The notes below the pieces were generated by a model. The model did not search any database. It was not told the DNA's origin and saw nothing but the letters and a program-made list of their open reading frames with translations. Below, in pieces: positions 43,487 through 53,603 of a stretch of 64,000 bases of DNA (position 1 is its first letter; every line of letters begins with the position of its first letter). The stretch is from an uncultured Bacteroidales bacterium. GTDB lineage: Bacteria > Bacteroidota > Bacteroidia > Bacteroidales > VadinHA17. The stretch is from positions 151,967 to 215,966 of the forward strand of contig CAWFKI010000004.1 of assembly GCA_963816345.1 (NCBI GenBank), given 5' to 3'. The position numbers were made by a program, and so were the translations under genes.

Positions 43487-44293
43487 CTAAAGATTAATCA
43501 GGTACCCGACCGTTACAGTACCGGCGCCGGTATTATTTGATCCATTGGCATTGTCTTTCTGAATAGGGATGAAACCATAATTTCCACCGCCTTCAATAAA
43601 AAATCTGCCGGAATCTGTACTGTATGAGAAGCCTGCTATTCCCTGACCACCAACATTAAACCGGTGTATATCAGAAGTAATATTTTCAGTGTGATCAAAT
43701 GACTGGCTGCCTATTGTGGGATATCCTGCCTGTTGCAGAATGCCATCTACAGGTATTGTACCGGCCTTGTCAACAAAAATGCTGCTGGAGCCTTTTGTTA
43801 CATTTTTGGCGTTAAGCAGTATACCCATATAGGGTCCGCCCTGCATATAAAAGTGGATCCTGGAACTTATTTCAAATGTAAATTTTGCCAGAACCGGTAT
43901 TTCCAGGTAATTTATTATTGCTTCACTCTTTATATCGGCATACATATAATTGTCATGAGGAATACCTTCCGGAAGATTGTCCCACAGAAGCTGCAGTTCG
44001 GGAGTCAGAGGTAAAGCCTGCATTCCATTTCTTTTGCCTCCCTGGGAGGAATAATTTATTTCACCACGAAGGCTAAAAATTTTGCTGACCTGCATCTCCC
44101 CAATGAATCCTCCGTAAAAGCCATATCTTGAGGTATAATTCTCGCTTAAGGGAGTCGTCTTACTGCCGGCTGAAAGATTGGGAATACCAAATCCGGCCTT
44201 TAATCCTGCAGAATATTTCCCCGGCTGGGCATTTGCGGATAATATTCCACAAAAGAGAACAACCAGTATTAGCCATGTCATCCTTGTTTTCAT
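43487..44293 (-). CDS. Outer-membrane beta-barrel (PorT-like porin family)
   Basis: Signal peptide; GLKAG, EINYSSQG, NYLEIPVLAK, GGPYMGILL. Confidence 0.75.
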   Translation of the reverse strand: MKTRMTWLILVVLFCGILSANAQPGKYSAGLKAGFGIPNLSAGSKTTPLSENYTSRYGFYGGFIGEMQVSKIFSLRGEINYSSQGGKRNGMQALPLTPELQLLWDNLPEGIPHDNYMYADIKSEAIINYLEIPVLAKFTFEISSRIHFYMQGGPYMGILLNAKNVTKGSSSIFVDKAGTIPVDGILQQAGYPTIGSQSFDHTENITSDIHRFNVGGQGIAGFSYSTDSGRFFIEGGGNYGFIPIQKDNANGSNNTGAGTVTVGYLINL

Positions 44294-44530
44294 ATCATCT
44301 TAATTAGGTTAATCGATGTAACATCTGTTAAAGCTAATAAATCTTTGAATATGATCCGCTCAGAAAAATAGATTAATAGTTACATAACGGTTGATTTATC
44401 CTGTAATGGTACGGCATTTATGGGGAGTCGCCGCGTGTGAGGAGCATCCCGGTTGATATCTTTCAATGCCGGGAAATGTAAATAATCATGGGCAAATGAC
44501 TAAATTTAACCTGACAAAAATAAAATCAGA

Positions 44531-45888
44531 ATGAATATGAAAATGTGGCTTCTTCCCATGATCTTCTGGTTCTCCTTAGCTGCTCACTTTCAGGTGGTAC
44601 CTCAGGGCAGTGGGCCGGATTGCCTGAGAAACAGGTTTGTTCAGGCGTCAATATTCATTTTACAACTGGTCATGAGCGGGATCTTGATATGATAGCGGCT
44701 GCAGGTTTTAAATTTATCCGCACCGATTTTGTATGGGCCGAAATAGAACGCGTCAGAGGAGTCTATGACTGGAAAGCATATGACGAGCTTACGGCCAATC
44801 TCAAAAAACGCGGACTTCGGGCACTCTATATTCTCGATTACTCCAATCCGCTTTATGAAGATATGGTTGAATCCAAAGATCCCATTACCGGTGAAAAGCA
44901 GAAAGATATAGCATCCCCACGAAGCCCTGAAAGCGTTGCTGCCTTTGCCCGATGGTCATCAGAGGCTGCCGTGCGGTTTAAGGACAGTAATGTTATCTGG
45001 GAGATCTGGAACGAACCGAATGTAAGTTTCTGGAGACCGGTTCCTGATGCAGCAAATTATAACACGCTTGCTCTTGCCACATGCAAGGCTGTCAAAGCTG
45101 CAGTGCCGGGTTGCGTCATTATCGGACCGGCAACATCACAGATACCGTTGCAGTTTATAGAATCTTTCCTGGCTTCCGGTGTGCTGACCTGGCTAGATGC
45201 AGTAAGTGTTCACCCCTACCGTGATTATTCCCTGCCACCTGAATCCGTGGCGGCAGATTATATTAAAGTGAATGAACTGATTGATCGCTATACATCTCCG
45301 GGAAAAAAGAGGATACCCATTATAAGCAGTGAATGGGGTTATGCCTCGTGCCCCAAAGGAGTTACAATTGAGAAGCAGGCAACACTGATAGTTAGGATGC
45401 AGCTGGCAAACCTTCTCAGCGGAATACCCCTTTCAATATGGTACGACTGGAAGAACGACGGAGACGAACCCTCCAATTTTGAACATAATTGCGGTACCGT
45501 AACCTCTGATCTAAGACCGAAACCGGCCTATACGGCAATACAGACCATGAACAGGGAGTTGAATGATTTCACATTTTCACACAGACTGGAAACCGTGAAC
45601 AGCAATGATTATCTTCTCGTATTTATTAACGGCAAAGGTATTTTCAAGATCTGCGGCTGGACGCTGGACAGTCCCCATTCAGTAATGATTGATAATATCA
45701 TTCCTCTTGCCGGTGAAATAACAGCCACTGATGGTTACGGCAATGCTCTGAAGCCCGGGCAGGAAAACGGTAAGCTGGTGGTTGAACTGAACGGAATGCC
45801 TCAATATGTGTCTCTTCCGGATGGCGTCAGGATTACTGCAAATGAGAAGAGCAACAGGGAGCAAACTGTGCAGAAACTTAATAATTAA
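44531..45888 (+). CDS. Secreted clan GH-A glycoside hydrolase (GH39/GH5-like); signal peptide probably split by a frameshift near 44562
   Basis: GVNIHF, IRTDFVW, WEIWNEP (acid/base), VSVHPY, ISSEWGY (nucleophile), WYDW; MNMKMWLLPMI is in a different frame from LLVLLSC. Confidence 0.8.
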
Positions 45889-45938
45889 TTCATTTATAGA
45901 AATTTAGTATATAATGAGATTCACGAATAATTGTTTGT

Positions 45939-46859
45939 ATGCCTAAACAGTTCCTAAAGCACCTGGCCAGACTATATCTGCCTGTTTTTCAGTATGAAAC
46001 TGACACAATGAAGATCCTGTATGCCGGGTATTCTCACATAAAAAGAAATTATTTTGTCAGGTTCTTACTGGATTGTAATCCTGATCAGGTTTATATCGGC
46101 AGGCGATGGTTCTGGAAATTACCTGAGCTGGTTAATTCAGATATCGATATTGTTGTATCTGAGGTCAGCCGTATGTCTTTAAGCAGGTTTCAGAATTATA
46201 AAGGTTATATCCTTCCCGAATGGGTCCCGATGAGAATAAATATAAGCAGGCCGCTGGAGGAGATCTGCAGGGGGAGTGTATCTCATTTTTCAGATATCAA
46301 AAAGAGGATCAGGAAATATAATCTGACTTATGAAGTCCTCTCCGACAAGGAAAGCTTTGATTATTTTATTGAAAGGATTTACCATCCTTTCATCTCTAAA
46401 AGGCATGGCGAGGAAGCCCTGATCGAAGATCTGCAGCCAATAACGGAATCCTCCGCTTCATTTCTGATAGCTGTGAAGGAGAACGGAATCATTGTTGCCG
46501 GGGCACTCTTAAAACGTCTGGGAGACTCTCTCAGCGGACTCCGTCTGGGAATACTCGACGGGAATGAAGAATACAGGCGGCACGGGGTTATAGGCGCCAT
46601 ATATTATTTTAGCATCCTGGAAGGACAGAAGATGGGGTACCGTTTCCTGGATGTGGGAGGTACCCGGCCTTTCATCTCCGACCACCTGACCTGTTACAAA
46701 TTGGGGCTTAGCGCCGAATTTAGCCTCGATCATACTCCCTGGAAAGAATATATGTGGCTCGGGGTTAATAAACACTCCGTTGGCGCCGGGGAGTTTATGA
46801 AGAATAATCCATTTGTGTACCTCAATAATGATAATACACTGGGGAAATATATGACATAA
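45939..46859 (+). CDS. GNAT-fold (FemAB/acetyltransferase-like) protein, paralog 1
   Basis: KKRIRKYNL.Y, LIAVKENGIIVAG, GAIYY..ILEG..MGYRFLDVGGTRP..LTCYK. Confidence 0.6.
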   Translation: MPKQFLKHLARLYLPVFQYETDTMKILYAGYSHIKRNYFVRFLLDCNPDQVYIGRRWFWKLPELVNSDIDIVVSEVSRMSLSRFQNYKGYILPEWVPMRINISRPLEEICRGSVSHFSDIKKRIRKYNLTYEVLSDKESFDYFIERIYHPFISKRHGEEALIEDLQPITESSASFLIAVKENGIIVAGALLKRLGDSLSGLRLGILDGNEEYRRHGVIGAIYYFSILEGQKMGYRFLDVGGTRPFISDHLTCYKLGLSAEFSLDHTPWKEYMWLGVNKHSVGAGEFMKNNPFVYLNNDNTLGKYMT

Positions 46860-46932
46860 AGTACGCCGGAAACAGACAATCCCGGGTACTGTTTATACAA
46901 GTAACTTACTTTTATTTCTTAGAAACAAAGAG

Positions 46933-47859
46933 ATGGCTTATTTATGGGTAAAGGATCTGGCCAGATTATATCTGCCTCTATATCAGTACGAATCCAATAA
47001 AATGAGGATTATTTATGCCGGGTATTCTTCAATAAAAAAGAATCACTTTGCCCGGTTACTTTTGGAGGGGGACTATGAGCAGAATTTTTTAGGAAGGCGT
47101 CCATACATGAAGATTCCGGAACTCATCAAAGACGGGAAAACGGATATAGTTGTTTCTGAGATAAGCCGGTTTGCGATGGAAGCTTTCCAGGGATATAATG
47201 GGTTCATACTCCCGGAACTTGTAATAATGAGAATAAATATTGACCGTCCCATGAGTGAGATCTGTGATAAAAACAGGTCGGACTTCCCGGATGTGACTAG
47301 AAGGATCCGCAAGTACAATCTGACTTACGAGATACTTTACGGGAAAGAGAATTTTGATTATTTTGTTGATAAGCTTTATATGCCATATATAACCAGGCGG
47401 CATGGAGATGAAGCTTTGATTGAGGATATGGACAGGCTCTGGGAATTATCCCCGGCTGCTTTTTTATTGGCTGTCAGGGAAAATGGCGTGATTGTAGCGG
47501 AGTCACTTATCAGGAAATCGGGAGAGCTACTCTACTTTATGAGGCTGGGATTACTGGATGGCGATGAAGAATATTTACGGCATGGTACAATAGGAGCATT
47601 ATATTATTTTAGTATACTCGAGGGGCAGAAACTGGGATGCCGTTATTTAGATGTAGGAGGAACCCGGCCGTTCTTCACCGACGGACTCACTAAATACAAA
47701 CTGAGATTAGGCGCTGAGTTTGTGGATGATTATTCTCCCTCAAAAGAACATCTGTGGCTGGGAATAAATGAGAACTCTTCCGAAGCAAATGGATTTGTGA
47801 CAAGGAATCCCTTTATGAGCCTCGATAAAGAATTCAGACTGCAGAAAAATTTTATTTAG
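46933..47859 (+). CDS. GNAT-fold protein, paralog 2 (tandem duplicate)
   Basis: Colinear with 45939..46859 (LARLYLP.YQYE, RRIRKYNLTYE, RHGDEALIED, LDVGGTRPF). Confidence 0.6.
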   Translation: MAYLWVKDLARLYLPLYQYESNKMRIIYAGYSSIKKNHFARLLLEGDYEQNFLGRRPYMKIPELIKDGKTDIVVSEISRFAMEAFQGYNGFILPELVIMRINIDRPMSEICDKNRSDFPDVTRRIRKYNLTYEILYGKENFDYFVDKLYMPYITRRHGDEALIEDMDRLWELSPAAFLLAVRENGVIVAESLIRKSGELLYFMRLGLLDGDEEYLRHGTIGALYYFSILEGQKLGCRYLDVGGTRPFFTDGLTKYKLRLGAEFVDDYSPSKEHLWLGINENSSEANGFVTRNPFMSLDKEFRLQKNFI

Positions 47860-47884
47860 TTATCCCGGCTGCCTGGCTACCTGC

Positions 47885-49054
47885 CTATAAATCCGGCTTC
47901 TTACCGGTAACAGCCTTCTGAATTAACTGCACCATCTTTTTCCCTGTGTGGACCAGCTCAGGAACCGGGTCCAGGACAATGGAGCGAAGCTCTGATTTGG
48001 CAAGATTGATCGGATACTTTTTCTTAGAGAACATATTGCTGACAAAGGTCTTTATTGCAGTAGCTGCAAAGTAAAATGTTCCGGAAGAATAATCAGGGTA
48101 ATCGAAGGGGATCCCCATTGAATATGCTGCTGACAGGACCGGGAAGTTAACTCCCATATTTTTGGAACCTTCAAGTGAGCTCCAGTATCTTGCATTGAAA
48201 TCAATAAGGACATATGTCCCTTTTTTAGAATCAAACCTGAAATCGAGATGAGCAATTCCCGTATAATTCAGCTTGCTGACAATGGCTGAGGTAAGATCAT
48301 AAAGCTCCTTGTTCTTTACGAATTCAATCCCCCTGGCATAGGAGAGCTGACCTGAAACAAGTCCCTTCTGAATTGTATAAAAAAGAATTTTTCCATCAAT
48401 TGCAAAAAAGCTCATATCTATATCATAGCCATTTATATATTCCTGTATTAAATAAGTTTTGGCATAGACATCACTGCTTTCAAGCTCGGATTTCAGGAAC
48501 TCCTTACTTCTGATCATCTTTATTCCCTTGCCCCCAATGCCTTTGAAAGGCTTTAACAGAACCGGATAGGATAACGAATCCAATAACTTCTCTGTTACGG
48601 TATCTTTATTTATGCGTAACGATCTTGAGGCAGGAAAGCCATTTTGTTCAAGCCAGCTGTTCAGATTCCATTTATCATTAATTGTATCTATAGTATTAGG
48701 ATCTGATACCGGGTGAATCCTGGCTAGCTGTTCCAGTTCAGCCCTCTTCTGATATAAAAGTTTTGAAATCCACTCCCGTGTTGGGATAATAAGGTCGGCT
48801 GAGGTTTTTAATATATATTCCTTTACGAGCCCTTCAAAATTTTCTTCATTGAATGGTTCAACTTTATAATAGTTTCCAAGATACCTGGAATACCTGAAAT
48901 GGTTTAACTTCTGCCTCGAGTTTACAAGCACATCCAGCTTGATGTTGGGGTGACCGGAAAAACTTCTCAGCAAAGGAAGCACAAAGGGAGAATTATCATC
49001 AAGTATCAGGATCTTTAAAGGCTCTGTCATCATAGCTATCATAATTATAAACAT
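47885..49054 (-). CDS. ATP-grasp domain carboxylate-amine ligase-like protein
   Basis: NDKW, YPVLLKP..GIGGKGI, LIQEYING, HLDF...LIDFNARYW. Confidence 0.82.
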   Translation of the reverse strand: MFIIMIAMMTEPLKILILDDNSPFVLPLLRSFSGHPNIKLDVLVNSRQKLNHFRYSRYLGNYYKVEPFNEENFEGLVKEYILKTSADLIIPTREWISKLLYQKRAELEQLARIHPVSDPNTIDTINDKWNLNSWLEQNGFPASRSLRINKDTVTEKLLDSLSYPVLLKPFKGIGGKGIKMIRSKEFLKSELESSDVYAKTYLIQEYINGYDIDMSFFAIDGKILFYTIQKGLVSGQLSYARGIEFVKNKELYDLTSAIVSKLNYTGIAHLDFRFDSKKGTYVLIDFNARYWSSLEGSKNMGVNFPVLSAAYSMGIPFDYPDYSSGTFYFAATAIKTFVSNMFSKKKYPINLAKSELRSIVLDPVPELVHTGKKMVQLIQKAVTGKKPDL

Positions 49055-49124
49055 TTAAAGATATTAATTTAACTTATTTATCCTGAGTTCAGGGAAAAAA
49101 TTAACGGGCTTCACCGGCTAAAGC

Positions 49125-50312
49125 TTAAAAGGTGTGTAATAAAAATCTTTGATTAAAACAGATATTTATTGAGATATTATAATCGAATATTTTCTCTTTT
49201 GTATCATAATATCCTTCAAATCCGGTAGTTAACAATATACTTTTCCCCAGGCGCTTTGAATATCCAAGCTTGCCAATGGCGAGACTGCGGTTGTTTTCAA
49301 CATATCCCGGAGTTACTGTAGAAACACTCTGATAAATAGCTTCACCTTTTGGCCCGTAAAACTTATCAGCGTACCAGTAAGATAATTTTAACAGGAAGGG
49401 GCCTTCAAAAAACAAAATATTCGGGTAAACGGCCCAGCCATTATTTATTGTAGGATATTCGGCCCACCCCCCTGAAGTGCGCGGATCCGAAACCCATCTG
49501 CCATTATAGACTTTCAGCGGATCGGAGGTCAGCTTCCCGTAAAGGAAAAACTCGGGCCGGAACCTGAAACCCCTGAATAACCTGTCATCATTTTTATAAT
49601 CAAGATAAATGCCTGAACCCAGGTTCATAATCGTTTCAATTGACTGTTTTGGCCGGTTAATCTGTCCCCCCCTGTGTGTAAAAATAGTATGCAGGGGCAG
49701 GGAAAGCCTGAATTCTGAATTTTTAAAAATCTCATAATCAGCTGATATGCCAAAAGTAAGCCGCTCCTGACCGGAATCACCATACCATATGAAATTATCC
49801 CAGCTTAGCCAGACATCCGAATTAAATCGTTTTGTCTTAAATAAGAACTGTACGCCGTCTTCGACCTGGTTAAAATAGAACCTTTCCGGATCAAGCAGAG
49901 GCTCAGGCATATTGTGATTGCCAGCCGACTTAAGTGTCCCAAGGACTATTTGAAAGCCCGGTGTGATCTGCTGAGAAAATGTAAAAACCGGTAAAACTTT
50001 GAAATAATTATCTCTGCCTGCGAATTTCAGCAAATGAATACCTCCTTCGACCGATGCCCGGGGTGATGGATGATATTCCAGCCGGGTTGTCAGCCAATAA
50101 CCAATCAGGGTATAACCTTCAACAATATTGTTAAAATATTCATTGTCCTTTACAAAGTTTGAATTGGCAATTTTCAGGAAAAGCCTGTTGCTGTCAGACT
50201 CTGATATCTCTTCCCGTTTCAGCAGAAGGTTTTCTGCAAACTGAGCCTGCAGCTGAAAGATTTCTCCGCAACAAAACGCCAAAACAAACAGCAGCGATAT
50301 CCTCCGAAACAT
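49125..50312 (-). CDS. Hypothetical outer-membrane beta-barrel protein
   Basis: Signal peptide; DNEYFN..VEGYTLIG, H.GGQI; aromatic-rich strands. Confidence 0.65.
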   Translation of the reverse strand: MFRRISLLFVLAFCCGEIFQLQAQFAENLLLKREEISESDSNRLFLKIANSNFVKDNEYFNNIVEGYTLIGYWLTTRLEYHPSPRASVEGGIHLLKFAGRDNYFKVLPVFTFSQQITPGFQIVLGTLKSAGNHNMPEPLLDPERFYFNQVEDGVQFLFKTKRFNSDVWLSWDNFIWYGDSGQERLTFGISADYEIFKNSEFRLSLPLHTIFTHRGGQINRPKQSIETIMNLGSGIYLDYKNDDRLFRGFRFRPEFFLYGKLTSDPLKVYNGRWVSDPRTSGGWAEYPTINNGWAVYPNILFFEGPFLLKLSYWYADKFYGPKGEAIYQSVSTVTPGYVENNRSLAIGKLGYSKRLGKSILLTTGFEGYYDTKEKIFDYNISINICFNQRFLLHTF

Positions 50313-50545
50313 AATTCCTGAATTTATCCGTTAAAATACGCAAAAAGTAAAACACACAACCCCCGGCAGGAGAGAATAGTTGCTTTTAGTGTATTTTTCG
50401 CCTGAAAGTTTAATATCTCAAGGTTCCAAAGGTGAAATCAGGTTCACAAACCGACTGCCGCTGTTGTCTTTAATTATCTTACAGCGCAACAGTTTCGGAC
50501 TATTTTTTTTTATACTTTTACGCCATCATTTTAAATATTATCGAT

Positions 50546-51748
50546 ATGCCAGGTACTGAACTTTTCGGGAAAGAGGAAAAAAAAGAAATAATGGACGTCC
50601 TTGAAACAGGGATCCTGTTTCGTTATAATCATGATCAGCAAAGAAACGGACACTGGAAGGCCCGGACGTTTGAGAAGGAGCTTGCTGAATATCATGGAGT
50701 TCGTTTTGCCCATCTTACCTCGAGCGGAACCACTGCTGATAATCTTGCAATTGCCGCCTGTGGTATCGGCGCCGGAGATGAGGTTATCGTTCCGACTTTT
50801 ACCTTCATTGCCCCGGTGGAAGCCGTTTTGAATGCCGGTGCAATTCCTGTGTTTGCCGATATAGATGAGACCTTATGCCTTTCGGCTGAAAGTATTGAAG
50901 CTGTCATAACCCCGCGTACAAAAGCCGTCATACTCGTACATATGTGCGGGGCAATGGCACAGATCGACAGGATATCGGATCTCTGCAAAAAGCATGGATT
51001 GATTCTTATCGAGGATACAGCCCAGGCACTCGGGGCATCATTTAAGGGAAAACCCCTTGGCACTTTTGGTAAAATTGCAATCTATTCCTTCGATTTCTTC
51101 AAGATCGTCACTGCTGCAGAAGGGGGTGCAATAATTACGGATGACCCTGTTCTTTATGAAATTGCCGCACAGCATTCCGACCATGGTCATACCCATACAG
51201 GAAATAACAGGGGTGCTGAACCACATAATATTATCGGAACAAATTACCGCATTAGCGAACTGCATGCTGCAATAGGACTGGCACAATTCAGAAAGCTGCC
51301 TTATATCCTGGAGCATCAGCGTTCAAGCAAGTTAAAGCTTGAAAAATTCCTCGCGGGATTTTCCCAGGTGAGTTTTAGAAAAATTCCTGACAAAAACGGA
51401 GACAGCGCAACATTCCTCGATTTCTTCCTGGAGAATGAAGCTATCGCAAGAAGTGTACTGAAAGAATTTGATAAGGAGGGTGTCAGCTATGCTTACTGGT
51501 ATGATAACAACTACCACTATTTTAAAAACTGGGAACATGTCAGGCAGCTGAAAACTGCTGCGAAACTGGCTGTTTCATTGTTTGAGCCTCCACAGGAGTA
51601 TAAAACCCTGAAAATACCTGCATCTGATAAAATCATGTCACGGTTAATCTCCCTGCAGATCAGGATCACCTGGTCTGAAAGTGAACTAAATGCCCTTACT
51701 GAAAAAATTGGCAGGGCATTTAAGGTTGTGTTTGACCGGACGAGGTGA
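50546..51748 (+). CDS. kdnA: 8-amino-3,8-dideoxy-manno-octulosonate transaminase KdnA-like (DegT/DnrJ family)
   Basis: MPG.ELFG.EE, FRYN.D..RN..WK, VHMCG, SFD..K.VT..EGG, SDHGH.H.G..RGAE.H, YWYDNN.HY..NW.H; these match the Shewanella KdnA pattern as recalled; paired with kdnB. Confidence 0.85.
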   Translation: MPGTELFGKEEKKEIMDVLETGILFRYNHDQQRNGHWKARTFEKELAEYHGVRFAHLTSSGTTADNLAIAACGIGAGDEVIVPTFTFIAPVEAVLNAGAIPVFADIDETLCLSAESIEAVITPRTKAVILVHMCGAMAQIDRISDLCKKHGLILIEDTAQALGASFKGKPLGTFGKIAIYSFDFFKIVTAAEGGAIITDDPVLYEIAAQHSDHGHTHTGNNRGAEPHNIIGTNYRISELHAAIGLAQFRKLPYILEHQRSSKLKLEKFLAGFSQVSFRKIPDKNGDSATFLDFFLENEAIARSVLKEFDKEGVSYAYWYDNNYHYFKNWEHVRQLKTAAKLAVSLFEPPQEYKTLKIPASDKIMSRLISLQIRITWSESELNALTEKIGRAFKVVFDRTR

Positions 51749-51778
51749 GAATATTAATAATATTAACACGATTTACTT

Positions 51779-52855
51779 ATGTACAGGATTATCAAAACAG
51801 TTCCCAAATGTATCTTCGGTAAAGGAAGTTTTAACCAGTTAAAAGATATCCTGGACGAACGAAGGAGCGGTACCGGTGCGAACATAGTTTTTCTGGCTGA
51901 TGATTTTTTTAAAGATAAACCGCTTATGAAGCGGATCCCGGTTCAGGGATCAGACACACTTATCTGGATCAATGTTGACGATGAGCCTAAAACGGTTACG
52001 GTTGACAAAATACGCGATCAGATAATAAACAGCGTTAAGCCTTTGCCCTCAGCAGTGGCAGGTATAGGCGGAGGAAGTGTTATGGATTACGCCAAGGCCA
52101 TTTCAGTTATGATTACAAATGAAGGTCCTGCATCGAGGTATCAGGGACTTAACCTCGCCTCCAACCCTGCTGTCTATCACATAGGTATCCCTACGTTATC
52201 AGGCACAGGTGCTGAGGTATCCATGACAGCAGTTCTCACCGGCCCCGAGAAGAAACTTGGAATCAAAGGGGAATTTACCCCGTTTGATCTCATAGTTCTT
52301 GATCCTGAACTTATCCGTGATGCTCCGGCAAACCAGCGTTTCTATACAGGAATGGATGCTTATATCCATAATGTGGAATCGTTAAACGGGCTTAGCAAAA
52401 ACTCTATCAGCGATTCCTATGCAATACAATCTCAGTCGTTATGCCGGGAAGCTTTTCTGAATGATGAACTCAGCCGCGAACAGGCGGATGAAAAGCTGAT
52501 GGTTGCATCTTATTTCGGAGGTTTGAGCATTGGTTTCAGCGAAGTGGGAGTGTGTCATGCCTTGTCTTACGGCCTTTCATATGTTCTCGGATTACACCAT
52601 GGAATAGCTAACTGCATTGCATTTAACCAGCTGGAAGATGTTTACGGTGATGATGTCAGGGAATTCCACCGGATGGTCTCAAAAAATAATATCGATATTC
52701 CACAGGGCATTTCAAAAGGATTGACGGAAGAGCAGCTTATGAAAATGGCAGATATTTCCATCAGGCTTGAACATATGTGGCTACATGCCTACGGTACTGA
52801 ATGGAAAAAAACGGTGGACAGGGAAAAGATCATAAAGTGGATTCTCAGGATGTAA
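51779..52855 (+). CDS. kdnB: Kdo 8-oxidase KdnB-like (iron-containing ADH fold)
   Basis: VPK.IFG.GSF.QL, NVDDEP, GGGS.MD.AK, HIGIPT.SGTGAE, YTGMD.YIH.VESL, CHALSYGL..VLG.HHG. Confidence 0.85.
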   Translation: MYRIIKTVPKCIFGKGSFNQLKDILDERRSGTGANIVFLADDFFKDKPLMKRIPVQGSDTLIWINVDDEPKTVTVDKIRDQIINSVKPLPSAVAGIGGGSVMDYAKAISVMITNEGPASRYQGLNLASNPAVYHIGIPTLSGTGAEVSMTAVLTGPEKKLGIKGEFTPFDLIVLDPELIRDAPANQRFYTGMDAYIHNVESLNGLSKNSISDSYAIQSQSLCREAFLNDELSREQADEKLMVASYFGGLSIGFSEVGVCHALSYGLSYVLGLHHGIANCIAFNQLEDVYGDDVREFHRMVSKNNIDIPQGISKGLTEEQLMKMADISIRLEHMWLHAYGTEWKKTVDREKIIKWILRM

Positions 52856-52931
52856 AAAAAGAATCCGGACCAGCTGCCGGAATTATTATTGAAAATACAT
52901 CTTTTACATTAATTACCCTGCAGGGCTGACA

Positions 52932-53603
52932 TCAGTACACTTCAGTCTTTGTGACGATTTTATTCCTGGCTGCCAGATAATCCTCATAATCACCCGTGAA
53001 TCTGATCCGTTTTTCGACGGTAAGTTCAAAATTGCCGTTCAGTCCGGTTAACAATTCACAGATTTCCCTTACTGCATGGGTCCCGCCCGATGAGGCCGAG
53101 ATGTAACTGCAGATTTTATTTTGCTCGATATAATTGACCAGAAGAGGATTTGACCTCCTCCTTACAAAAAATGACAACCCGCACATACGGGCAGCATCGA
53201 TATCGATAACATCATCAAAAAAAAAGAGTATGCTTTCAGGGGTTATTTTAGCCGTGTCACAGATCCTTTCAATGGCAACCCTCTTGTTTTTCAGGTTCAT
53301 AAAGATGCCGTCAAAATGTTCCCTTCCGGAAAATTCGACGGCAGTCTGGTTATTCATACCTGTTATTATATAGAGATGGGCATTCCTGCCATATTTTAAC
53401 CAGTAGCTGAACCTGAGAAGGTTGATCCCCATGGAATCGATTTCTGAGAAGGGGCTGCCGGCATCACCGCTTTTCATCCCGTTATTGAAGACCCCATCCC
53501 AGTCGAAAACAAATGCCCTGATATTATCAAGAGAGGCTCCGATCTTTTCTGCAGAAGTCAAAAAGGTTCCTCCCAGGCCGGAAAATACCTGTTCTATATC
53601 CAT
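52932..53603 (-). CDS. KdsC-like HAD phosphatase (Kdo-8-P phosphatase family)
   Basis: FDWDGVF, D.MG, IITG, DD.ID, GG.HAVREICE; third gene of the kdsA operon. Confidence 0.8.
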   Translation of the reverse strand: MDIEQVFSGLGGTFLTSAEKIGASLDNIRAFVFDWDGVFNNGMKSGDAGSPFSEIDSMGINLLRFSYWLKYGRNAHLYIITGMNNQTAVEFSGREHFDGIFMNLKNKRVAIERICDTAKITPESILFFFDDVIDIDAARMCGLSFFVRRRSNPLLVNYIEQNKICSYISASSGGTHAVREICELLTGLNGNFELTVEKRIRFTGDYEDYLAARNKIVTKTEVY

